This document shows, in pieces, positions 1-6,042 of a stretch of 64,000 nt of DNA (positions are counted from its first letter, which is position 1; each line of letters starts with the position of its first letter). A program made the position numbers and the translations under genes. This DNA is from Patescibacteria group bacterium. GTDB lineage: Bacteria > Patescibacteriota > UBA1384 > GWA2-35-9 > JBASTP01. The notes beneath the pieces were generated by a model that saw only the letters and a program-made list of their open reading frames with translations, was not told the DNA's origin and made no database searches. The stretch lies in the NCBI GenBank assembly GCA_049274945.1, contig JBASTP010000002.1, positions 81,216 through 145,215 of the forward strand. Reading direction: 5' to 3'.

Positions 1-433
1 AATCGAGTAATTGTTTTTTGAAGAGCTCATCTGTTCTTATGGCATTGATTATTTTCTTCAGTGAGATATCTAGAGAGCTGGTGTCAAAATTCAAGGACTG
101 ATACCTGGCAATAAATCCATAAGGATTTTCTCCATTAATGGCAAGGGGCATTATCTTTTTCCTTCTAGCAAAAGCAATTCCACATTCTTGATCAGTCCAG
201 TTGGATATTTTGTAATGGTCCGTGATAATGGGAATAAAAATATCGGTGCTATCTAGATGTCGCAAAATTACCTCTTGCCACTCATGAGAGGGAATAATAT
301 CTTCATGTGCTAAAAATATCTCGATGCCGTAACTTTCTAGACCGGACTTTATACGCCCGGCCAATTCCTTATCTTTAGTTGAATAGCTTAAAAATATTCT
401 AATAGTGCTAGGTACATTTCCAATAGTTTCCAT
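1..433 (-). CDS. TIR-domain protein, N-terminal ~144 aa; C-terminus lies beyond the window start
   Basis: Reverse-complement translation from ATG at 433 is open to position 1: METIGNVPSTIRIFLSYSTKDKELAGRIKSGLESYGIEIFLAHEDIIPSHEWQEVILRHLDSTDIFIPIITDHYKISNWTDQECGIAFARRKKIMPLAING... This matches the TIR_2 pattern (FLSYS...D, E-rich alphaC, W...E...A). Very AT-rich (~32% GC) compared with its neighbours. Absent from the ORF track because it has no in-window stop. Confidence 0.6.
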   Translation of the reverse strand, partial: METIGNVPSTIRIFLSYSTKDKELAGRIKSGLESYGIEIFLAHEDIIPSHEWQEVILRHLDSTDIFIPIITDHYKISNWTDQECGIAFARRKKIMPLAINGENPYGFIARYQSLNFDTSSLDISLKKIINAIRTDELFKKQLLD

Positions 434-434
434 G

Positions 435-505
435 CGGGGACGGAGGGGATCGAACCCCCGACTAGGGTTTTGGAGACCCTTGTGATACCACTTCACCACA
501 TCCCC
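435..505 (-). tRNA. tRNA-Trp (anticodon CCA)
   Basis: Reverse complement GGGGATGTGGTGAAGTGGTATCACAAGGGTCTCCAAAACCCTAGTCGGGGGTTCGATCCCCTCCGTCCCCG folds as a cloverleaf: 7-bp acceptor, anticodon loop CUCCAAA, T-loop TTCGATC. Confidence 0.85.
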
Positions 506-534
506 ATTACCGCCTAACGGCGGAAAACTAAATT

Positions 535-705
535 TTATTTTTTGCTCTCTTTATGCTCGGTGTGTTTGCGGCACTTGCGGCAAAACTTGGTAATCTCAAA
601 CTTCTTTTTAGCCTCGATCACCCCCTTCGACTTGCGCGAGGTGTAGTTGGTGTTGCCGCACACCGTGCAACGCAAGGCCATCAATTCTTTTTTGCTTTTT
701 GCCAT
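535..705 (-). CDS. rpmG: 50S ribosomal protein L33
   Basis: 56-aa ORF MAKSKKELMALRCTVCGNTNYTSRKSKGVIEAKKKFEITKFCRKCRKHTEHKESKK with the L33 CxxC...CxxC zinc ribbon. Below the 60-aa threshold of the ORF track. Confidence 0.85.
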   Translation of the reverse strand: MAKSKKELMALRCTVCGNTNYTSRKSKGVIEAKKKFEITKFCRKCRKHTEHKESKK

Positions 706-766
706 GTTATATTATTCCTTGTTTACTTACTGTGCTTGCCACGCGAAGCTCCAAAGGAGCGAAGTG

Positions 767-841
767 TGGAGCCGAGAGCGGGAATCGGACCCGCGGCCTT
801 TTGCTTACCATGCAAATGCTCTGCCACTGAGCTACCTCGGC
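767..841 (-). tRNA. tRNA-Thr (anticodon GGU), CCA encoded
   Basis: Reverse complement GCCGAGGTAGCTCAGTGGCAGAGCATTTGCATGGTAAGCAAAAGGCCGCGGGTCCGATTCCCGCTCTCGGCTCCA; anticodon loop AUGGUAA. The T-loop reads TCCGATT (C at position 55). Confidence 0.8.
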
Positions 842-1419
842 ATTAAACTAAATAGTAAATCTCGAAATTTTTTATTATGAAAGTAAACTGTCAAAACCCC
901 GTACTCACTTTTTTTCCGATATGTTCCCTTGGCCCTAGAAGGTGTAATAACAATTTTTTTGTGAAATTGGCTTCTCGGAACGTTTAAAACCTTTAACCAA
1001 TAATTTAAAACCGCCTCTGGATCAAGGTCATTAAAGATTTGCAGTCCAAATCTCAAATGATTCCTCTCAATTCTAAAGATTTTTACCAGAAAATCAATGA
1101 ATGTGTTAATTAATAAAGGATCAGAATTGCCCAATCGTATGGTGGTTTTATAAGTTTTTGCTCCTTCGCCCCAATATAAACCAATACCTAAACCCAACAA
1201 TTGCGCCTCTTCGAGAGTAGTGGGTTGTGTAAATAAGAAAGGATCTCCATCGGGATTATTCAATAGATATATCGCGTCGCTAATTGAACGTCTCTTAACC
1301 TGACGCTTCTCCATCCAATAGGCGACCTTGTGTAAAGAGCAATTCAGAAGAACAGCAATTTGTTGCATGGATTTCCCTTGCTTTAAATAGAAATCTTGGA
1401 GCACCTCCTTGGTAATCAT
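832..1419 (-). CDS. Free-standing protein with an N-terminal HTH and a single LAGLIDADG-like motif (homing-endonuclease-like)
   Basis: 195-aa ORF with a sigma-region-4-like HTH (SMQQIAVLLNCSLHKVAYWMEK) and the motif LLGLGIGLYWGEGAK...IRLGNSDPLLINTFIDFLVKIF, which resembles a LAGLIDADG helix plus downstream core. AT-rich. Its 3' end overlaps tRNA-Thr by 10 nt. Sits between tRNA-Tyr and tRNA-Thr. Confidence 0.45.
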   Translation of the reverse strand: MITKEVLQDFYLKQGKSMQQIAVLLNCSLHKVAYWMEKRQVKRRSISDAIYLLNNPDGDPFLFTQPTTLEEAQLLGLGIGLYWGEGAKTYKTTIRLGNSDPLLINTFIDFLVKIFRIERNHLRFGLQIFNDLDPEAVLNYWLKVLNVPRSQFHKKIVITPSRAKGTYRKKSEYGVLTVYFHNKKFRDLLFSLMPR

Positions 1420-1737
1420 AGTTCTATCATAACAGGCTTATGACGAGGGGTAAAGTAAATCCAAGCTAGTTTACAGGTCTACCATACAGTTCAGTCGGAA
1501 CCCCGACTTTGTGTAAGAGCTAATGGGCGAAATTAACCTAAATAGAAAATTTCTTATGGGTGGACGTTGATAAATCCTAATACCTTCTTTACTGTTAAAC
1601 TCAAATAGTCTTCCTGTAAAATCATCAGCCTTGAGCGGTTTTTTCAAATGTTTTTCAAGATCCAGCTCAGGAGGAAAACCCTGCTCTCTTGTGAGCTGCA
1701 ACGTATCATTGATTTCAATTAAACTTCCCATAATTTG

Positions 1738-1821
1738 TGCTGGGGGAGGGATTCGAACCCCCGAAGGCGTTGAGCCACGACGTTTACAGCGTCGCCTCGT
1801 TGTCCACTTGAGTACCCCAGC
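1738..1821 (-). tRNA. tRNA-Tyr (anticodon GUA), long variable arm
   Basis: Reverse complement GCTGGGGTACTCAAGTGGACAACGAGGCGACGCTGTAAACGTCGTGGCTCAACGCCTTCGGGGGTTCGAATCCCTCCCCCAGCA. Perfect 7-bp acceptor stem, anticodon loop CUGUAAA, A73 discriminator. Confidence 0.85.
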
Positions 1822-1873
1822 GCACATACATTATAGCTATAAGGTAAAAAATCCTCAACACACCTCCTGTCGC

Positions 1874-1913
1874 TTGACACTATCCCGGCGATGTGATGTA
1901 ATGATATTACATC
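1874..1913 (+). promoter_or_regulatory. Putative vapBC promoter/operator: TTGACA followed by the perfect inverted repeat GATGTAAT-GAT-ATTACATC, ending 1 nt before the ATG
   Basis: TTGACA at 1874-1879. 19-nt palindrome at 1895-1913, typical of an autoregulated RHH antitoxin operator. The mRNA is probably leaderless. Confidence 0.45.
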
Positions 1914-2195
1914 ATGAAACACCTGGTGAGAACCCAAATCAGTCTCCCGCAAGACCTGAAAGAGAAGATCACCCGCGAGGCGCGCCAGCGCAATATCAGC
2001 ATGGCGGAATACCTGCGCCAGGCAGCTGCCGCGTATGAGCGGAAAACGAAACTTACCCAAACCATGCGCCGGAAAATCGCCAACGAATTAAAAGGCAGCA
2101 TCAACCCAAAAACCGGCTGGGGATCAGTTGAACAGGTGAAGGAGTGGCTGCGGCGAGAACGCAATTTATCAGATGCCCGTCTTACTGGACTCTAA
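1914..2195 (+). CDS. Ribbon-helix-helix antitoxin (VapB/CopG-like)
   Basis: N-terminal RHH signature TQISLPQDLKEKITREARQRNISMAEYLRQA. Overlaps the downstream PIN gene by 23 nt. Confidence 0.7.
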   Translation: MKHLVRTQISLPQDLKEKITREARQRNISMAEYLRQAAAAYERKTKLTQTMRRKIANELKGSINPKTGWGSVEQVKEWLRRERNLSDARLTGL

Positions 2196-2553
2196 CATCT
2201 TGATCTATTATCTCCAGGACCAGCAACCATATGCTGACGCTGTAGAACAGTGGATTCAACAAGGCACCGTTGCCATTTCCGTTATCAGCATCGCCGAATA
2301 TCTATCGAAACCGCCTTTGGAGGGCACTGCCCCGCTCGAGAAAACCTTGTCGATCGTCGATGTGGTACCGGTTACCATTGAAATCGCAAAAACGGCCGGC
2401 GAGCTGCGGCATCGCCTGATTCGCAAACGCACTCGAGTCGCACTGATTGATTGCCTAATCGCGGCGACCGCCATTACCCGAGATTACCAAATTGCCACTG
2501 CTGATCGAAAAGGGTTCCCGTTCAAAGAACTCAAATTTGCGAAGTTCAAATAA
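2173..2553 (+). CDS. vapC: PIN-domain toxin VapC
   Basis: MPVLLDSNILIYYL...ALIDCLIAATA carries the conserved PIN acidic residues. Classic VapBC arrangement with the upstream antitoxin. Confidence 0.85.
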   Translation: MPVLLDSNILIYYLQDQQPYADAVEQWIQQGTVAISVISIAEYLSKPPLEGTAPLEKTLSIVDVVPVTIEIAKTAGELRHRLIRKRTRVALIDCLIAATAITRDYQIATADRKGFPFKELKFAKFK

Positions 2554-2555
2554 TA

Positions 2556-3068
2556 TCAACAACTTACTGTAACGGAAGGATCCAATGATTTACATGAAGG
2601 AGGGCTAGTCAAGACATCTTTCAAGGGACCCTGGCAACTATTGAAACCATTGGTAGTTGCCTTATTGACTGCAGTTTCGAAATCGAGCTTGTTGTCGTAG
2701 TCGCACTGCATTACTTTGCCAAGCCAGGCGGCGTTAGGGTTCTTAATGAATTGAGACTTTACGTTACAACCATGCTCACTTGGGCCAATAATCTCATATT
2801 GATAAGTCACGGTACCCACACTTAATGCCGCGAGATCTACACTGGGAGTATATCGAGTCGGCAGACACTGTTGAAATCGTTCGTTTATGCACTTTTTGGC
2901 AGGTTCCTCACGTTCTGGATATTCGAGGTTGGGGCTTCCGCAGTCCGCCACAGTGGTGGTCTTGCCTGCCAAAATTTGCCAAGCCACAGCTAAGATTAAG
3001 AGTAATGCCACAATAATTACGCTAGTCAAGAAACCGTTGGAAAGCCAAATCGATTCTTTATTAGTCAT
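2556..3068 (-). CDS. Hypothetical membrane-anchored or secreted Cys-rich protein
   Basis: 170-aa ORF with an N-terminal hydrophobic segment and at least 10 Cys. No recognisable family. Start ATG abuts the tRNA-Thr 3' end. Confidence 0.5.
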   Translation of the reverse strand: MTNKESIWLSNGFLTSVIIVALLLILAVAWQILAGKTTTVADCGSPNLEYPEREEPAKKCINERFQQCLPTRYTPSVDLAALSVGTVTYQYEIIGPSEHGCNVKSQFIKNPNAAWLGKVMQCDYDNKLDFETAVNKATTNGFNSCQGPLKDVLTSPPSCKSLDPSVTVSC

Positions 3069-3069
3069 G

Positions 3070-3141
3070 AGCCGAGGAGAGGATTTGAACCTCCGACCCG
3101 CGCTTTACAAAAGCGCCGCTCTACCACTGAGCTACCTCGGC
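3070..3141 (-). tRNA. tRNA-Thr (anticodon UGU)
   Basis: Reverse complement GCCGAGGTAGCTCAGTGGTAGAGCGGCGCTTTTGTAAAGCGCGGGTCGGAGGTTCAAATCCTCTCCTCGGCT; anticodon loop UUUGUAA. Confidence 0.8.
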
Positions 3142-3215
3142 TTGACCACTGAGTCCCGACGTTTCGGTCGGGAGGCCGACCCTGAAGGGCGTCGGCCCTA
3201 CCTCGGCACGGCTTA
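3142..3215 (-). repeat. tRNA-5'-fragment plus double-hairpin element immediately 5' of tRNA-Thr(UGU)
   Basis: The minus strand reads GCCGAGGTAG (a copy of the tRNA 5' end), then the hairpin GGCCGAC-N10-GTCGGCC, then the hairpin TCCCGAC-N6-GTCGGGA, then CTCAGTGGTCAA (D-loop-like), and then the intact tRNA. Confidence 0.5.
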
Positions 3216-3249
3216 ATTCTACCATAATCGAGCGGCGTTGAACGGCCAG

Positions 3250-3283
3250 CGAAGCCCCAATTGCCTAAGAGCGGATCACGGAG
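3250..3283. repeat. 34-nt exact repeat, copy 1: GCGAAGCCCCAATTGCCTAAGAGCGGATCACGGA
   Basis: Identical 34-mer at 32356-32389. Both copies are intergenic and lie 3' of a minus-strand gene. Confidence 0.7.
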
Positions 3284-3412
3284 GATTCGGCCGGGCTGGG
3301 TTCCTGAGCGAAGTCGAAGGAGAGGCCAAAACCGAGTGCCAGGGAGGGATTTGCCGCTGGAGCAAATCAACTCCCGGCGCTCGTGGCAATGGGGCGAGCC
3401 TGGCCGGGTAAA

Positions 3413-3910
3413 TTACCCCTCATGCAACTTATCGAGCATTGCCTTGTAGCGGTCGTTGGTTGAATCGAGCGACATTGCCTGTTTGAGCGCGGCTTCGGCC
3501 TTGCGCTTGTTACCCAGGCCCAAGTAAGCCATCGCCAAATTGTAGTGGCGCGCCGCCACCTGGCTATCGAAGCGTAGCACCGTGAGAAACGCATCACGGG
3601 CGTCTTTGTAGTTCTTCCGCTCAAGGTAAATAATGCCGAGTCTGTTGTATACCTTAGGTAGATCGGGTTTCGCGGCGGCGATTTTTAGGTAGTAGGCCTC
3701 GGCGGTGTCGTACTCGCGTGATTTGAAGGCCTGCTCTGCGCGAGCCAGCAACTCTTCCACAGAATTGGAATCGGTAACAGTGAGTGGTTTAGGAGTGTTG
3801 GAATCGGGCAAAACGCTCGTACTCCGGCCGATCGTGGTAAACGGCAAACGCTTCATGAGAATCACGAAGATTAAGCCAGCAACAAGGAGGGTAATAATTT
3901 CGAATGCCAT
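3413..3910 (-). CDS. TPR-repeat protein with an N-terminal transmembrane anchor
   Basis: MAFEIITLLVAGLIFVIL..., then TPR-like repeats (AEAYYLKIAAAKPDLPKVYNRLGIIYLERKNYKDARDAFLTVL...). Confidence 0.6.
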   Translation of the reverse strand: MAFEIITLLVAGLIFVILMKRLPFTTIGRSTSVLPDSNTPKPLTVTDSNSVEELLARAEQAFKSREYDTAEAYYLKIAAAKPDLPKVYNRLGIIYLERKNYKDARDAFLTVLRFDSQVAARHYNLAMAYLGLGNKRKAEAALKQAMSLDSTNDRYKAMLDKLHEG

Positions 3911-3911
3911 A

Positions 3912-4571
3912 CTAGCTACTTATTTTCACCAGCAGATTCTCGAGGAGGAGCCGCTCGTTGATGTTATAGACGAGCTGCCGTTTGGCCGTCAGACACTCCT
4001 CGATCAGCCGTTGGGTCGGCTCATCATATACCAAGGCTTCGCGGAGTGCAAGAACTAATGTGTCGATAAACTCCCTTGCCTGTTTTTGTTCGGCAAGCGT
4101 TCGGGCAAGGGTAAACTTCTCTTGAATTGACATTGCCGACAATTGCTTTGGAGCGGGGTAGCTGCCGAGCGGACTTGCGACACCTCCTAAGCGAACTTTT
4201 TCGAGCCGTGAGGCAAGGGTAATGGGAATGTCATCAACATGCTTGGCTTGGAAAAACATGAGGGTTCCCCCGGGTGGCTCCTCGACGATTTTAAGGAGCG
4301 CCGCCGCTGCCTCGCCCCAAAGTTTGCCGGCAATAAATGCTAGCTTGCCGCTACCGCCAAATGGCCGCACGATTAAACGCTTTATCAAACCGCGCACTTC
4401 ATCAATCGAAATCTCGGGTGAGTCAATCATCAGCCGATCGGCCGGGTGAATGGCCAGCCCACTGACGAGCTTATCAAAAAAATGTTTGGCTTCAGCAGGT
4501 TCTCCCACAAGGAGGTAGCCATGGGCGCCTTTACCCTCCTTGAGCTTAGTAATGAATTGATCAATCACCAT
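3912..4571 (-). CDS. holB: DNA polymerase III delta-prime subunit-like clamp-loader protein
   Basis: HGYLLVGE, an HPD...PE...IDEVR...FGG.GKLAFIAG block, and LLKIVEEPP (the LKTLEEPP motif). Degenerate P-loop, consistent with delta-prime. Confidence 0.65.
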   Translation of the reverse strand: MVIDQFITKLKEGKGAHGYLLVGEPAEAKHFFDKLVSGLAIHPADRLMIDSPEISIDEVRGLIKRLIVRPFGGSGKLAFIAGKLWGEAAAALLKIVEEPPGGTLMFFQAKHVDDIPITLASRLEKVRLGGVASPLGSYPAPKQLSAMSIQEKFTLARTLAEQKQAREFIDTLVLALREALVYDEPTQRLIEECLTAKRQLVYNINERLLLENLLVKISS

Positions 4572-4724
4572 GAGTATGTTGACACTACCGAGGTTCTGTG
4601 GTATTGTAAAGAAGGTTTAGGTTTTTCCGAAACCCCGCGGCCTACACCCAGGTTATCTGGTGGTCGAAACCGTTGGCAATACATTACTAACCCCCAGTTT
4701 ACCTGGGTCAATCCAAGCTATATT

Positions 4725-5012
4725 ATGGCTGAATTTCAAGACAAGGAACTCACCTGCCGCGATTGCGGCAAGCCGTTCATCTGGACCGCCGGAGAACAGG
4801 AGTTCTACAGCTCAAAAGGCTTTTCGAACCCTCCTGCTCGCTGCCCTGACGATCGCAAAAAAGCGAAAGAGCAGCGCAACTCCGAGCGCGTGATGTATCA
4901 AATCACGTGTGCCAATTGCGGCAAACCCGGTGAAGTCCCCTTCAAGCCACAGAACCCTGAGGGGCTCCTGTGTGCTGATTGTTTTAAAGAGAAACGCGCC
5001 CAAGCGGCTTAA
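4725..5012 (+). CDS. Zinc-ribbon protein (CxxC...FY..KGF...RC...C family)
   Basis: The track ORF 4446-5012 overlaps holB antisense. The plausible start is ATG 4725 (MAEFQDKELTCRDCGKPFIWTAGEQEFYSSKGFSNPPARCPDDRKK...CANCGKPGEV...CADCF). Upstream TTGACA-17-TATTGT at 4578-4606. Confidence 0.5.
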   Translation: MAEFQDKELTCRDCGKPFIWTAGEQEFYSSKGFSNPPARCPDDRKKAKEQRNSERVMYQITCANCGKPGEVPFKPQNPEGLLCADCFKEKRAQAA

Positions 5013-5205
5013 CGTCGCCTAGGTGGCGCAGCGTCCGCAAGCAACGGGAACAGAGCGTTTTCCCGGCGTGTTTGATGATGTTCGGCAAAAAGATCCGTTT
5101 AGTCCGGTGAAGTGAGTTGGGACGATTGTAACCGGTAACGGGCCGCTTGCCGCACCGTTCACAGATGCGTTCGGCATCATGCAGTCGAAGGGTTGTTTTA
5201 GCCAT
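4984..5205 (-). CDS. rpmB: 50S ribosomal protein L28
   Basis: CERCGKRPVTGYNRPNSLHRTKRIFLPN matches the L28 core (C..CGK....GN..SH...TKR). It has a roughly 10-aa N-terminal extension. Confidence 0.6.
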   Translation of the reverse strand: MAKTTLRLHDAERICERCGKRPVTGYNRPNSLHRTKRIFLPNIIKHAGKTLCSRCLRTLRHLGDVKPLGRVSL

Positions 5206-5240
5206 ACTTTGTATGCTAGCATACCTTCTAAAGGACGTCT

Positions 5241-5870
5241 ATGCTCTGGCAGCTACTTAGCTCCCCTTTTGAATTTGCCGGATTGCTCCTAGCGCTTGTT
5301 ACCGCCATCAGCTGGCACGAAGCGGCGCACGGTTTTATGGCGAACCGCCTTGGTGACGATACCCCTAAGCTTGCCGGGCGACTCACGCTTAACCCCCTAG
5401 CCCATCTCGATCCGATTGGCTCACTGTTTTTGCTCATTTTCGGTTTTGGCTGGGGTAAACCCGTGCCGATTAACTCAACAAAATTCCGCAATCCTGCGCT
5501 CGACGAGTTTAAAGTGGCAATCGCCGGGCCGCTCTCAAATATCATCCTGGCCACCGCCTTTGGCCTTTCGCTGCGCCTGCTTGGCGGATCCATTTCACAA
5601 AGCATCTTCGAACTGCTCTCTATTTTTGTATTCATTAATTTGGTGTTGGCGGTGTTTAATTTTCTGCCAATACCGCCGCTCGATGGTTCAAAACTGCTGC
5701 GCCTGGTGGTGCCGTTTGAAATCTACCTCATGATCGAGCAACTTGGCTTCCCGATCCTCATTGGGCTACTCCTCCTTTCGGCCATTGGGATACCAATTTT
5801 TAACACCGCAGTACTTGGACCCACGTCGGTCCTCTTCCAATTAATAACTGGTATCCAACCGACGTTTTAG
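5241..5870 (+). CDS. Site-2 protease / peptidase M50 family membrane metalloprotease
   Basis: HEAAHG (HExxH) within a transmembrane helix, polytopic membrane profile, and a later LDG motif. Confidence 0.7.
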   Translation: MLWQLLSSPFEFAGLLLALVTAISWHEAAHGFMANRLGDDTPKLAGRLTLNPLAHLDPIGSLFLLIFGFGWGKPVPINSTKFRNPALDEFKVAIAGPLSNIILATAFGLSLRLLGGSISQSIFELLSIFVFINLVLAVFNFLPIPPLDGSKLLRLVVPFEIYLMIEQLGFPILIGLLLLSAIGIPIFNTAVLGPTSVLFQLITGIQPTF

Positions 5871-5903
5871 ATACAATGCGGATCATGAGTGCGATCTGCG
5901 GAT

Positions 5904-5958
5904 CAGGGTGTGGCGCAGTTGGTAGCGCGTCCCGACGTACGTCGGGAAGGTCGCCGGA
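5904..5958 (+). pseudogene. tRNA-like 5' fragment in tandem with tRNA-Pro (acceptor plus D-arm retained, anticodon arm replaced by an 18-nt perfect palindrome)
   Basis: CAGGGTGTGGCGCAGTTGGTAGCGCG resembles the 5' half of tRNA-Pro. It is followed by TCCCGACGTACGTCGGGA (a perfect palindrome) and AGGTCGCCGGACA. There is no T-arm or acceptor 3' strand. Confidence 0.5.
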
Positions 5959-6031
5959 CAGGGTGTAGCTTAGTTGGTAAAGCGCCAGGCTGGGGGTCTG
6001 GAGATCCCGGGTCCGAGTCCCGGCACCCTGA
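5959..6031 (+). tRNA. tRNA-Pro (anticodon GGG)
   Basis: CAGGGTGTAGCTTAGTTGGTAAAGCGCCAGGCTGGGGGTCTGGAGATCCCGGGTCCGAGTCCCGGCACCCTGA. C1:G72, G37 and A73 are typical of bacterial tRNA-Pro. The T-loop reads TCCGAGT (C55). Confidence 0.75.
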
Positions 6032-6042
6032 CACAAAATATT

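Noticed and set aside
553-2060. Track ORFs 553-846, 647-880, 1471-1827, 1631-2038, 1719-2060, 1907-2164
   Set aside because: They overlap tRNA-Thr, tRNA-Tyr, rpmG or the vapB gene and have no coding-like features. They are treated as spurious frames.
4446-4724. N-terminal 93 codons of the track ORF 4446-5012
   Set aside because: They overlap holB on the opposite strand. The zinc-ribbon module starts at the internal ATG 4725, which has a plausible upstream promoter.
5904-5958. tRNA-like fragment considered as a functional tRNA with an unusual anticodon loop
   Set aside because: There is no T-arm and no 3' acceptor strand. The anticodon arm is a perfect palindrome with a 4-6-nt loop. It is called a pseudo-tRNA fragment.
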